Shown here piece after piece: positions 46,758 through 59,058 of a stretch of 64,000 nucleotides of DNA. Positions within the stretch are counted from its first letter, which is position 1, and every line of letters begins with the position of its first letter. The stretch is from Eremomyces bilateralis CBS 781.70 (lineage: Eukaryota). The stretch lies in the NCBI GenBank assembly GCA_010015585.1, contig ML975177.1, one strand, 5' to 3'. The translations under genes and the position numbers were made by a program. A model generated the notes under the pieces. It was not told the origin of the DNA, searched no databases, and worked only from the letters and a program-made list of their open reading frames with translations.

Positions 46758-49700
46758 TTACATGTACCAAGAGGTGAAAGGGTACCAACTGTGGTACTTG
46801 TGTTGGATCTTCATCAAGTCAGATGCCTCGTCACCTTTGACCAAGCCAGTCGGATTGTTGGGATCCTGCTTCTCGAAGTCGGAAGGGGACTTCGACGGCT
46901 CGTCTATATATCCCTTCTTGCTCTCGGGAGACTTGCTCTTGGACCGCTTTGATGCGGACTCGGACACCTTATCCTTTGGCGGACCCCCAGGAGGTCCCTT
47001 ATGTGCATTTTTCTTGCCCGATGACACGAAGGGCTTGTTCATATGGGCCTCTCCACGCTTCGCAGCCAAGTGTGCATAGTACACAGCAGGGAACAAAGAG
47101 ACGGGAGTTGTTGCTCGAGCGTACTGGAAGCTGTGCTCAAAGATGAGCTGCTGCAGTTCGGGGCCGGTGAAATTGTTCTCATTGTAAATACAATGATAGT
47201 GGATCGGACGGCAGGTTCCTTTGATCGCAGAGTGGGGGTTCATGTACCAGTCGAACTCGAAGGGATGAGTGACTCCGGTCTCTACAAGAACGCCGGGAAC
47301 GGGATTGCCATTTTTATCGCGGGCAGCTTGGCTCTTCGGATTGAAACGCACATGGTGGCGTTTGCTGGCAATTAGGACCGTGATCGGGATTTTATATTTA
47401 GGGTTCAATTCCCTAAAGAGCCGCTTGATTTCATTGACCTCGATGTCAAGAACCTGGTTGTATTGTTGTTCGGAAACACCGTCGCGGACGTAAAGAAGCC
47501 GTCGTGGCGTCTGGCCTTTGTTCAGGTCGATCCAATGGGCGACGGGCTCCTTGAACATCTTAACCCAATTGGATGGCCGGATAATCTCCTCCCGATGGCC
47601 GTTGGAGTTCACCCACCCCATATAGTTGCAGCACTGGGGGTCTTTGGACACAGTGATGGAGGCCATAGAATGTTCCTCAGAACCAGGAGGCCCGTGGCTC
47701 ACATCTGCGCCAATGATCATGAGTGAATCTTGGGAGTGGCGCGGACGATACATGTTGAGCTGGGATTTCTTGGTCAGGAACCCATTCTCCTTGAGCGCGC
47801 GGGAATTGATTCCCCCAAGCTTCGAATTGACCTTCAGGAGAACGTTGCTGATGTATTGATCCTGGCATTTCATCACGCCTGCGCTCTGCAGGACCTGGGA
47901 GGCAAGCCCGAAGCGGCAATCGCAATTGCGTTTTATGATCTTGTAAAGATCGGCGGTCCGGTCCTGGACAATGAAAAAGATAAGCTTCGGGAGAACTCCC
48001 AGCTTCTTCCCGCTCTCATTCCAGGCATGTAGGATGTTGTTTCCACCGGCACCCGGAGCTCCGCGGATAAGAGCTGGGATTGTGGCTGGCAAATTCAAGC
48101 CGTGGGCTTTGGCAATAGCCGACATTCTCGAAAAAAAGGCTTGGTAGGGGGCTGGATGTGGGTTCTTCGGGTCACTATCTGGACCAAAGACCATGACACC
48201 GTACGGGATCTGTCCTGGGTATGGCTTCAGGAACTTCTTCCCATCGATCCTCCACCGGCCTTGCCCAGCAGAGCTACCAAGTATCTTGCCATTTCCGAAG
48301 TGGACGTCAGGCGCCTCGAGAAGTCGACCCTTAGTGACTGTGGGCTGGTCCGAAATATGAAGCCCGTATTGGCGGAGATGCGAGTCATTTTGCCAATCTA
48401 GGGACTTGATGCCTTCGCGGATGGAACCGAACCGCTGGTTCGGTAGAGTAGCTGCGAACCTCATCATTGAACCTACCTGCGCCTCATCAAGCTTGTACAG
48501 GTAACGCTGATTTGGTTCAACTTTGGCAAACTCCAAGGCGATGAACTGGCCCCGGGTTGTCTCGATCAAAGGCAATTCGCGGACATGAGCGTTGTAAGCC
48601 TTTCGGTAATACTGTTTTACAGTCATCGAAGTGCCGTCCTTCAATTCGAAGGTTTTCAAATCCGGCGTTGACGCGATAAATCGCTTGACGATATAACGGC
48701 GCGTACAGTTCGAGCGCATGTCGGTGGTGATCGTCAGCTTGTTCAGCCGTTTGGTCGCCTTGTAGAAGCGGCTCTCGGGCCACTTCTCACGGTTTCGAAC
48801 GAAATCATCGATGAGCCAGTCGACATTCTTAGCTCCGAGCATCGATCCAAGCAAAGGAATGACCTCCGACGCTTCGAAAAAGCAGGTATTCGCCACGTCG
48901 ACATTGACAGCAAGATGTGCGCGGAGGTCTGCAGTCAATACTGGCCGGATCGATGCATAGACGCCCTTCACAGCCTCGACTCCCTTTCCCAATGAGATCC
49001 GACCGGTGAGCGGCACCTTAGACTCCGAAGCAGGACGCCAGTAAGGAGGGAAAAAGTTCCGCTTGGCCGAAATCATGCGACGGGACGGACCCTCACGCAT
49101 CAGATGGTCAAGGAACGTCAGAGACTCGAGCACCTTGATGTCCCAGTCTGCCTGCTTGCCGAGCCAGGCATGAAGATTGGTGAAGTCAACTTTCTTGGCC
49201 AAGGCAATGCGAACATGCTTGACTTCACGTCCAGCCCGATCCGGCTGGTTCTTCGCTATCGCAGGATCTACAGCGATCGTCGCCACTCCTGAGAGCTTCT
49301 TGGTGGACCTGAAGGTGGTTAGCGAAAAATATTACTAAAAAAAGATATTCCAGAATATCAAAGTTGCAGAATCTTACCAGGCAAGCTTGTTCCCATCCCA
49401 GATCCAGTCGTCGAAACCACCTTGCGAGCGCACTTGCTTGACCTCACTGGAATCCCACAATGTCTTCATGAAGCCCCGTTTCTCAGCTCCGTCGCCGATC
49501 TCAATGTCGTATTGATAGACATCCTTGGTGGGGATTTTGTCGAGAGCATAGGAGTTCAGCTCGATGTCAACTGGCTTCCCGTTCATATTGAAGCCATGAG
49601 GACGTTTGGGGATTTCACCCAGAGAGGACTGTGACCCAGCGTAAGTACTAAGTATAAGATGTCCAGCCTTCCACGCATTTGGCTCAAGAATATTGAGCCC

Positions 49701-50539
49701 CCGAAGACGCATGTCGCAACCAAACTTGTCCAGCTCCATGCTGGAGTAGACATCTGGGGGGTCTGCTGCGCGAGGGTATAGGGGGAGGGATGCCATTTTG
49801 GGAGTTGGGCTCTTGGACTTTGGGGGGGAACGAGACTGCCCTCCATTCTTGGAGTTCCCCGAGCCCGCCATGGCCGTCTGAGTGGAGTTGTGCAATAGCA
49901 ATGGGTAATGAATGATTGAGGAAATAGATAAGAGAAGAGAAAAGGAGCGAAAGAAGAGAAGTCCTGAAGAAAGAATTGAGGGCTCTGCAGAAAAGAAGGA
50001 AGAAGAAAGTTGGAAGCACGAGGGACAGAGAGCAGGTTTTAAAGGAACAGGTAGTATGGATCTTTATTGATGACAGAGATCAATGATGGCGAGCAAACGG
50101 GAGAACGCCGACATTCGTTTGTCGAACTCCACCTGGATATGCAACATAGGCCGCTAGCCGCAACTCTACATACATAGGGGTAATGCCAATTGGCGGCACG
50201 CGAAACACCGGGAAAGGAGGTGATGGAAATGTGATCATAACTTACAACTTCAGGGCGGAAAATTTGGTAGGCGCGTGCACCCAACTCAACATTCCGAAGA
50301 TGATTCGGCATAATGAACGTGGGTTCTGGTGCAATAATACGCTCGGGGGACAATCGCGAGCGAGGCTGGGAACGGTCCCGGTTACCATCCAAGCCGGGAA
50401 TTGAGCGACCGTACGACGAGGACGGCACGCTTATGCTTTCATATGAGTCCTTTGCAATGGTGCTGGTCGGCTTCACGGTAGCTGACGATCCTGAAGGGCG
50501 ACCCTTCCTGTTGTCTCCATTGCCGCGTGGCCCACCCAT
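46758..50539 (-). CDS. Argonaute (fungal RNAi; N-PAZ-MID-PIWI) with two possible first coding exons (ATG 50539 or ATG ~49871)
   Basis: ArgoN (VYQYDI, WIWDGNKLAW), KGVYASIRP, NVDVANTCF, PAZ, NVLLKVNSKLGGIN and PIWI motifs GADVSH, REEII, RDGVSE, KRHHVRF, GTCRPIHY and YYAHLAAKRG, giving a DEDH tetrad. Confidence 0.96.
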
Positions 50540-51708
50540 GATGGGCAATGAGCTCTTGAAAATGTGACTAAGTTAGGGTCAGTAATGGTACAAGGCAGAG
50601 ATAACAATTGGGGAGGTTCAGTGCAATGTGAAAACACGGCTCATTGGAGAAATCTACGCATAACGGACAGCCAGTAGTGCCGTAGCCTTGACAAGTCGAG
50701 CAGTAGACTAAAATCAGTGACAAACCAAAGCGATGAGTGGCTTCGCTTCAATGACGAGCAAGCACACTCTTTGCTAAAGTTAAGGAAACAAACAATGCCC
50801 TAACTCCAAGAGGATGCTGCTGATGACAGGTCAAGACAAGGAAACATTTCAGTGTTGGGATATAGATGTGACAGGAAGGTGAGATCAGATACCCCCCAAA
50901 ATGAAGGCGAAGGTGGTGGTGACAAGTGAGGAGATGCTTGGACGACTAGATCACTTGAGACTAGACTGTATGAGTTGGTTTGGGAGATGGAGAAAGCGAT
51001 GGCAGCAGCTAAATGAGAAAATGAAAAAAGGGAAGGAATGAAGACTGAGTCTGATAGACTTGAAGCCGATAAGAGGTAACTGATGGTTAGGGAATGGGAG
51101 AGACGGTGACGTTGATAGAGATGTAAAAGATGTTGACTCACCAGGAAGCTGATCAGGGTGAAGTCAAAGCCAATGCTGTGGCGAATATTAGTGGTTTCCT
51201 AGGGCGGTGAGTAGAAAGGATAGGTTTACCGACTGGTATCTTGGAGTAGTCGATGATAGGAAGGAGTGGGAGGGTCGATGATGGGAGAATGAGAGACGAA
51301 AAAGGGAGATGTGGAAGATGAGGGATGGAGGAAGAGGGAAAGGAAGGTGGGAAATATGTGGAGGGAGGAAGACCAAAATAAACAGTGCTGTGGTTGTGTG
51401 AGGTAGAGATAGCCGAGTGGGCAACAAAGGACACGTGAGGTTGGGTCCCAGTGGTAGGTGAAGGTCAGGTTGATAACGGATGGCTTGAAGGAAGGAGTGA
51501 GGGAATGTTTACATACCAGTACTGTACCACGGCGGATCAGATCTGAGTCTGGGGCAGCTGAGATTGAAACAAGGCGTCACTATCTGGTATGGGTTGGTAG
51601 ACGTGAGACCTGGGTGGAGTGATCAGTGAGTCGATGAAGTTCAAAGCGAGATCCGTCGAGAAGAGAGGGAGGGTAGTTGGGTTGGTAGGGGAAAGAAGGT
51701 TGAGATGA

Positions 51709-51767
51709 GAGGGATGAAGGTTAGAGGGATGAAGGTTAGAGGGATGAAGGTTAGAGGGTTAAGGTGA
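51709..51767. repeat. 15-bp tandem repeat GAGGGATGAAGGTTA x3 plus a partial copy
   Basis: Three perfect copies at 51709, 51724 and 51739, inside a strongly purine-biased tract. Confidence 0.9.
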
Positions 51768-53816
51768 GAAGTATGGAAGTGAGAAGAATGAGAGTTGATA
51801 GGGTTGAGGATAGAAGAAGAAGTTGGTGGTGGATGGAGGGGAGAAGATACAGCAGAAGAACTGTGTCAGCAGATATACGTTTGGCCGTATGACCGGGGAC
51901 ACAAATGTAGGCAACGATGATGGAAAAGGAAAGAGAACCGAGTGGAGAGAGAACCACTCGTAGCTAGTAATCTAGATGACTTACGACTCCAGGCTGCGAT
52001 GATACTGTGCTTATTCCTAATCAGATCGTATGGTGCACGTGTCGCCACAGGATGGATGGTGTACGGGGCCTTCACTCCATGTTCGTTGCGATGAAGTGTA
52101 TGGACGGTATGTGTCGTGGTAGGGAGAACAGAAGTAGGTGATGGTAACCTCTATAGTGGGGGGACTGATATCCTGGAAGGGCAGGCAGGTCCTGTAGTGG
52201 TTGTCAAGGGCGCCGAGCGCCGAGACTCCATGTCGATATCTTCCTGAAGATTCTAAGGTGGAAGGGGCGACCACGGGGCGAGTCTCTCTATTAGACATGG
52301 ACTGGTAGAGCACATCTTCATCCCCGCCGTTCTATGCGGCTGCTCTAGTGCCATGTGACTTCTAGTTCAACTCATGTCCATGTCTCGACCGCTGAATGGC
52401 ACCACACGCAGACGCAGCAGAAATCCCGTTCTCCCTCATCCTATCATGCTCTTGCTAGGTGACATAGGGTATCCACTTATGTTGGTCAAGGCAGCGATGA
52501 GGTATGTGGGCCCCTACTGGTAGTTGAAGCTGGTCTGAGTCTGCTAACTGATCCGGAGAAAAGAGCTAGGAAACGCACACAACTTCTCGAGACTTGGATG
52601 ACTAGAAAATCAGACGAAATTGATACTGCACAACATGAGAACCAAACTTGATGAGACGGAAACAATACAACATAATGACCAAACGATTGGATTCAGATAT
52701 ATTGAGGACACTGGTAGAAAAGAGACAAAGGATGATGCACACGCATACCGGCCCGTCGATGGGTTCCGTTCTAGAATGTGCGAGGCCACAGAAGGCACAA
52801 GGGACATTACATACGGAAGCAAGGATGAAGAGCCATTGAGGAAAACAAAGAAGGAGCAGCTGGAAAGGTGGAAGGAATGAGTTGACTGGAGATGCTCGGA
52901 TTGGAAGGGTTTAGCCGAAGACGGGCCGGCCCGTTTCTCCGCACTCCTGGTATTTGGAACAAGGGTCGGACAGACCACGAAGATGAAGCGCAATAATAGC
53001 CGGGAGGCTACGAGCATCGAGAAGAACGACGGTCCCGGGGGAAATACACGGAACAATTTCGATATGGGCGGCACAAAAGTCAGGGAAAGTTGGGATGCGT
53101 CGTTGAGGAATCGGTGAACTTCATTGGGCGGAAATGAGCCGACGACGTTGAAAGCTAACGGGGATCACTCTCGCGTATCAGCCACTCCTATTCCGTACAT
53201 ATCATATGCTGGATACCAAGCGGGACCTTTACGGCGGAACAATTTGTACACATTCAGAAACCTAGACATATGCAGAGACAGCAAGGGGTACCGATGCAGC
53301 ATGGAATCCAGACGGTATTAGTTCAAGGAAACAACAACGATCACCAACTCCTAGCAGGCACACTTGGCGAGGACGAGAGTTCTTCGAGGAGTAGGGCCCT
53401 ACGAGGACCAGAGCACCACGAGGATTGTATCATTGTAAATGTTCTTGCATTTTTGGTGTCTATTTACGGAAAGCCTAAAGGACTCCAGCCATATGAAGTG
53501 CGCTCCTGTTAAAAGTCTTTCCATTTTTGCGATGAAGTAGCACAGCTCCCAACATCTGTGAAAGCGCGGAGATGGATTCCAGCGACGGCGAGATCGCAGC
53601 TCCGTTGCTGCTGCGTGATACCGACAGCGAGGGGTCGGGAAAGGATACCTTATGGACTTCGCAGTGACCTGTCCAGACCCATTCCGGCATAACCCCGAAC
53701 GGCCAACCCCAATGCAATGGATCAAGATTCCAACCTTTCGGGCACCATGTATCCGAACTGCAACGACCCGAGAGAAACCCCCTTCCGTGAAAGCATCGTC
53801 CACATACCCCGCCTCC

Positions 53817-56800
53817 CTACCATCGCTTCCCTCCCGACGTATTCGCTCGACCCAAGTCCACACCCCGCAACAAGTCCACCACCCGCTCCGCATTGAACCG
53901 CGCCGACCCCTGGTACTTCTCCGCGTTCGGCAGGATCCCCAACAGGAACATCACCATGTTCGGCAGCGGCTCCACCCCGCCGCGCTGGATCCCGATCCCT
54001 GGCGTGCCTGCCCCGCCGCCACCACCACCGCCGAGCCGTCGTTGCGCGTCGAGCCGTCGCCCTGCCGCGCCTTTCAGCGGGGACTCGCTGCGGTCCGTAC
54101 GCGCCAGTTTGCGGGACCCGATGCCGAGGGAGTCGTTGTCGGATTCGTCGGCGGGGAGGGGCCGCTTGGGGGAGTTGGTAGAGCTGTTGGAAGCGACGAA
54201 CGCGGCGGCGAGAGCGGAGGGGGATTGGCCTGGTTGAGCTAGTTGCATCGGAAGCGGGCGAGGAGAGCTGATTTGGGGGGTTGGGGCGCGATAGCCGCCG
54301 GTCTGGGCGGGCTCGTGGATTTGCGGGGGGAGGGCCATTTTGGGTCGCATCTGGGCGGCCGGGGAGGTGACGAGGCGGACGGCGGTGGGGTCGAAGGATT
54401 GGAAGATGTATCGCTGGGTGAATCGGGTGAGGCGAGGGTCTTCGGGGAAGAGATCCGCCATCCGCTGCTCGAGCTTGACGATCTGGCTGAGTTCGCCGTA
54501 CTGGCATTCATATTCGTGCAAGAACTGGAACAAGACTTTGGCCCTGGGGACGTTCTCGGGTTTCTTCGAAAGTTTGGAGACCGCCGTTTCGAACACCGCT
54601 CGAGCATTGGTGACGTCGTTCGTGTTGATGAGGTGCTTCATGTATGCGAGGGCGAATTGTTCGTCTTCGGGGAAAAGCTTGAATCCGGCGTCGAAGATTC
54701 GTTTGGAAGCCGGATCTTTGTAGCAGTGGTACTCCATAAGAGCACTGGCAACGAAGACGTCGCTCGTCATGCGACCTCTACCACGTGCCTCTCGCAAATA
54801 ACCCCGGAGGCCACCGACCCATTCCTTCTTGACTAGGCTGCCTTTGTGTGTGACGTCAACCATCTTGCCTTTGCCTTGCACTCTCCTCATGGCTCGCATT
54901 AAAGCAATCCATGAGAACGAAATGGTCCTGGATATCATCTTGATTTGCGCAGCATGGCCCTTCTTGATGGCACCGAGTTGTGCGTCAAGGGCGGCCTTTC
55001 GAAGCGCCTCCTCTCTCGCTCCTGCATCCTCTTCATCGTCGCTCTCTGGAGCTTCCCTCTTCTGCTGCTCTTCGAAGTTTTCTTTGGCGATGCCTGCCGC
55101 ACGCGCTTCCCGGGCCTTGACTTTGTCAACGAGACCATAGAGTGTGTCCAAGAGCTTGTCGTAAGGCTGCTTGATTGCATCGGCCCTCTTCTGGATATCA
55201 TCGTCACCGTCGGCGTGTGGTGTAGTCATCTCAAGGTGGTCAGCCTTCCTGAATGCCAAGAGACAGCTTTCCGGATTCGCATCGGTGCCATCATCTAGAA
55301 GCTTCTCCCCGTCTTCCTTCATGCCGTTCCGGAAGCAGAACTCGATGGCATCGTACCACATTGGAGGCCAGAACCACAAAGCCATGAGGGCCTGTCGATA
55401 GGCGTACAAGATCCTCCGATTGTATGCAGCGAGATCTTCATCTTTGAGAACCAGTGGATCTTCTTTCTCCCACTCCACCCATTTCTGCCAAAGGTGGACC
55501 TGTTCCATGTATTCCACATCCCCGTCAAAGCCCAGCGCAGGGGGAAGGCGCGGCAAAGTTGTCCTTCGCAATCCGTTCGTGACATTTTGTAGTGCGATGT
55601 TTGCACTTCTTGCCGTGATGTAGGTCGGGGAGCGTTCCTGGAGGAGTTTACGACCCTGACGATGTAAGCGTAATTCCACAAGTCTTGGTTATGAATTGAC
55701 CTACGGTTGTCCTGTTCAAGCCAGTCTCGAAAGCGTCATATTCCTTCCACAGCGGAATGACGGCGTCAGTGGGTACCGACGTGGCTCTCTGATACGCCTT
55801 TCGCAAGAGATCCATTTTCTGCTGATCTTGCCATCCGCCGCCACCGAGATTGCCGGGTCCTGATCGAAGGAATTGAATATATTCCCGCCAAATCTCACCC
55901 GAATCCTTGTCCGTCCCGACCTCTTGCAAGACGCGCTCGAAAGCTTCAGAAACCGTTCGTCGAGCAGTTCCACTGAGATCGGTTGTGAGATTGTTGAATC
56001 GTCGCACGAAGTCCAGGTAGACTTTCCACAACTGAACATTCCTGACCTTTGCCAAGGAAGTCCCAAGAATCTGCGTGACTCGCGGGATTTCGTTGTTTTC
56101 CAGTTCCATATTGGCGTAAGCGACCCATTGCTCCGCCTGGGGACAGTTAGCTGGTGCGCTTCAAGGAAAAGGAGCGACTCACAGCTTGAGGGAAGATGGT
56201 GAAGAATCGGTCGTAGACTTTGCGCGCTTCATCGAGCTTGTTGCGCTTCTGATGCAATTGAATGAGACTCAACCAGGCATCCAGATCGCCGCGAGGATCC
56301 TCCGCGATCCGGTCCTCGAGCATTCCTACATGATCACTTGGAAGCCGGGCGTTGGAAGCATTGAGGGTAGCAGCAGGGTCCGCGGGAGATTGCAACGCGT
56401 TGACTGTAGCATTAGGAGCTTGGTTTGCAGGCTGCGGAGAACGGCTTTGGTCAGGGACAGCGGAGCCAAGAGGCTTGTCAACGGGATGCGGAGTAGCAGA
56501 CTGAGAAGGAACAGCAGGAGTAGCAGCCGCAGAACGAGCTTGGTCTTGAGGAGCAGCTTGTTGTAGTGATACATAGTTTGCTGAGAACGCGTTGCTTGGC
56601 GATTGAGTGATGGTGGAAGACATTGCAGGAGCCTGAGCGGCATTCAACATCCCATTTCCATTTGCATTCCCATGCGCCAAATGTACCCCTTGTTCCTCCT
56701 CCTCCTCATCGTCCTCGTCCTCGTCATCATCAACAACGAACCCAGCTCTTGTCTTCGGCTGCTTTGGCGGGCTGGGCTCGTCGGGTGTCTCGTTGAGGTC

Positions 56801-56989
56801 ATCGCGGAGGGTGGGGTTGGTGTAGGTTGAGGGATCGTATTCCGGATCGGGTTTCGGGTCATCGGTGGCAGGAAATTCATCTTCAGGTTCGTAGTCTTCT
56901 TCGTCCTCTTCGCTAGCGGCAGGTTGATATGCTGGATCGTATTCTTCGTCGGCGCCAAGCGCAGCGAGAAAGGCTTCCTCTCCGCTCAT
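53817..56989 (-). CDS. RNA14: mRNA 3'-end processing factor Rna14/CstF-77 (HAT repeats)
   Basis: LEDRIAEDPRGDLDAWL, LWKVYLDFVRR, QKMDLLRKAYQRA, LWKEYDAFE, WVEWEKEDPL and ARAVFE; two introns. Confidence 0.95.
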
Positions 56990-57827
56990 CGTGACCGGCA
57001 GTCGCGATCAATCGATAGCCGTAGAGGGTGAGGGTCGAACCCGATTTCCAAATGCGATTAGGAGGGTTCAAATGTATGCTCGAGCAACGGTTTGAAGGGA
57101 AGCTATGGATGAGTGGAGAAAGCGTTCTTTCTGTTGCTTGTGTGAGAAAGTGAGAAGAACGCAATTCGCTAGCTGTTAGAGTGATGGAATTCGAACTAGG
57201 AGAAGAGTCGGCACGCGTGGAAGGGAGCGATGAATGAAAATTCCACGACTAATCCCAATCTCTTGCAAGTCGCACTGTTGAGAAGTGAATACGAATACAA
57301 TTTAACCAAAGAAAGTGTGACAATGGGTATGACGGGTCCTAGATCGTGATGAATGGACGATAGACGGGACAGGCGGGCACAGTTGACAATAATACGCCAG
57401 GAATACGATGATGATGATGTTCTTTCATTGATGTCAATGAAACTGGTCCGTGCCTAGAGTGGTGAGAGTGAATGAGTAATTAACTAACTAGTTAGGATTA
57501 ATTAAGTGAGTGACTGGTGACGCTTCGCTTTATGCTGTTATGGACTACCGTAGCAGTTCATTACGTCCACTGATCCGTCACTTTTCAATAATTAGTTCTC
57601 TTGAATAGCCAATATCAACGCGTATGGTACTCAAAAGCTCAATGAGTAATTGAATGACTTGAAAAGTCCACCCACCTTCCTCTAGTCCAGTGTTGCCTTC
57701 CGCGCCTTCATCCACCGCAACTGCCATTCGCCGCTCCTCCAACCCCAGCGAACATCCGGACAACAACACCCCGTTGGAGTGATACGGAGAGATCCCCAGC
57801 TCTCCCGCTGTCCATCAGTCTATACCG

Positions 57828-58864
57828 ATGAATCCGCACATCTCCCTTCCTCGACAGCATGGTGGCCCTGCCAACTTCGGCGGCACCCCGCCGACTCGCG
57901 GCGAGACCATCCGTATGCCACGCTTCTTCAAGCGGCTCTTCAAGTTCCCCCAGATGGACTTCGAAATGGCGATCTGGGAGATGACTAGCCTCATAATCGC
58001 CCCCAAGAAGGTCTTCCGGTCAATATACTATCATGTATGCCCGTCCGCGTCCCCGGTGTCAGAGCTTCCGCTAACCTTGGCCAGAAACGTACGTTGTATC
58101 CTCGATATTCCCACTACGCCAGCTCTGACGGATTGCAAAGAGACGAAGAATACGTGGCATAGACCGGACCCGTCATTTACCTACCTTCTATCCGCCTTCT
58201 TATTACTGACTTCCCTTGCCTGGGGATTGGCATATGCGGACGGCTTTGGAGGAACCGTGAAGATCACCTTGGTGTTCATCTTCATCCACTTCATTGGCCT
58301 CTCCCTCCTGGCGTCAACAATAGCATACTTCCTTGTGGGACGTTTATTAGGGCCCGGAGTACCCGGTTTACCGGGCAGAAGGCGACAAGGTCTCTTTGCG
58401 CAACCTGGGGAATCGGATCCTCTGGAGTTCGGATACTGCTTCGACGTACGTCATGGTTTCTCTCCATGGGCACCACAGATACTGACATACCGTAAGGTCT
58501 CAATCCGCGCGTTCTTCCCGGTTTGGGTCTTTCTCTACGTCATCCAGTTCCTCTTGATGCCGGTCATCGCGCGAGACTACTGGGTGTCCCTGTTCTTCGG
58601 CAACACGCTGTACCTGCTTGCATTTGGCTACTACACAATCGTCATGTTCCTTGGCTACAACGGTATATTGTATCCTTCTGGAGCCTATGTTACAGGTTGC
58701 TAATCGCAAGTACAGCGCTTCCCTTCCTCCACCACACGGAATTGCTCCTTTCGCCGATCGTCGTCTTGGCGATACTCTGGTTTGCCAGCCTATTTGGATT
58801 CAGCTTGCCCAGACACCTTGCCCCAATATTGTGGGCAGGTGCAAAACTGCGGAAACATGTGTAA
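57828..58864 (+). CDS. GMH1: UNC-50/Gmh1 Golgi membrane protein (includes a 4-nt microexon)
   Basis: QMDFEMAIWEM, PKKVFRSIYYH-KQ-TKNTWHRPDP, LEFGYCFDV, FFP and FLGYNALPFL after splicing. Confidence 0.93.
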
Positions 58865-59058
58865 AGTACAGTGGCAAGAAGTGGAGATATACAGGCTTCA
58901 TCAAGCCTTCTATTCATGCGGTCTCTTTCTCCCATGCGCCTCTGATGCCGTGAACCTCGAAGTAGCAGACCCAACGCGGTAACGCCGTGGTTGGTACGGA
59001 AACAACCTCTTCGCGAACGAGCTCGCGAGTAGAACTCAGGTAAGAATCCTCATCCAAC

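Noticed and set aside
51550..51600. TPP riboswitch (CTGAGA motif)
   Set aside because: The downstream conserved GAA-CTTGAT...GATAAT-CCAGCG elements are missing and no thiamine gene is adjacent.
51709..51767. Interstitial telomere repeat or CRISPR-like array
   Set aside because: The unit GAGGGATGAAGGTTA is not TTAGGG, has no spacers and occurs only three times; the DNA is eukaryotic.
50800..53074. Leu/Ser/Phe-rich minus-strand and Glu/Lys-rich plus-strand ORFs
   Set aside because: They are by-products of the strong purine/pyrimidine strand bias and show no domain features.
53652..54836. Long overlapping ORFs (197-261 aa) within RNA14
   Set aside because: Shadow frames of a GC-rich coding region.
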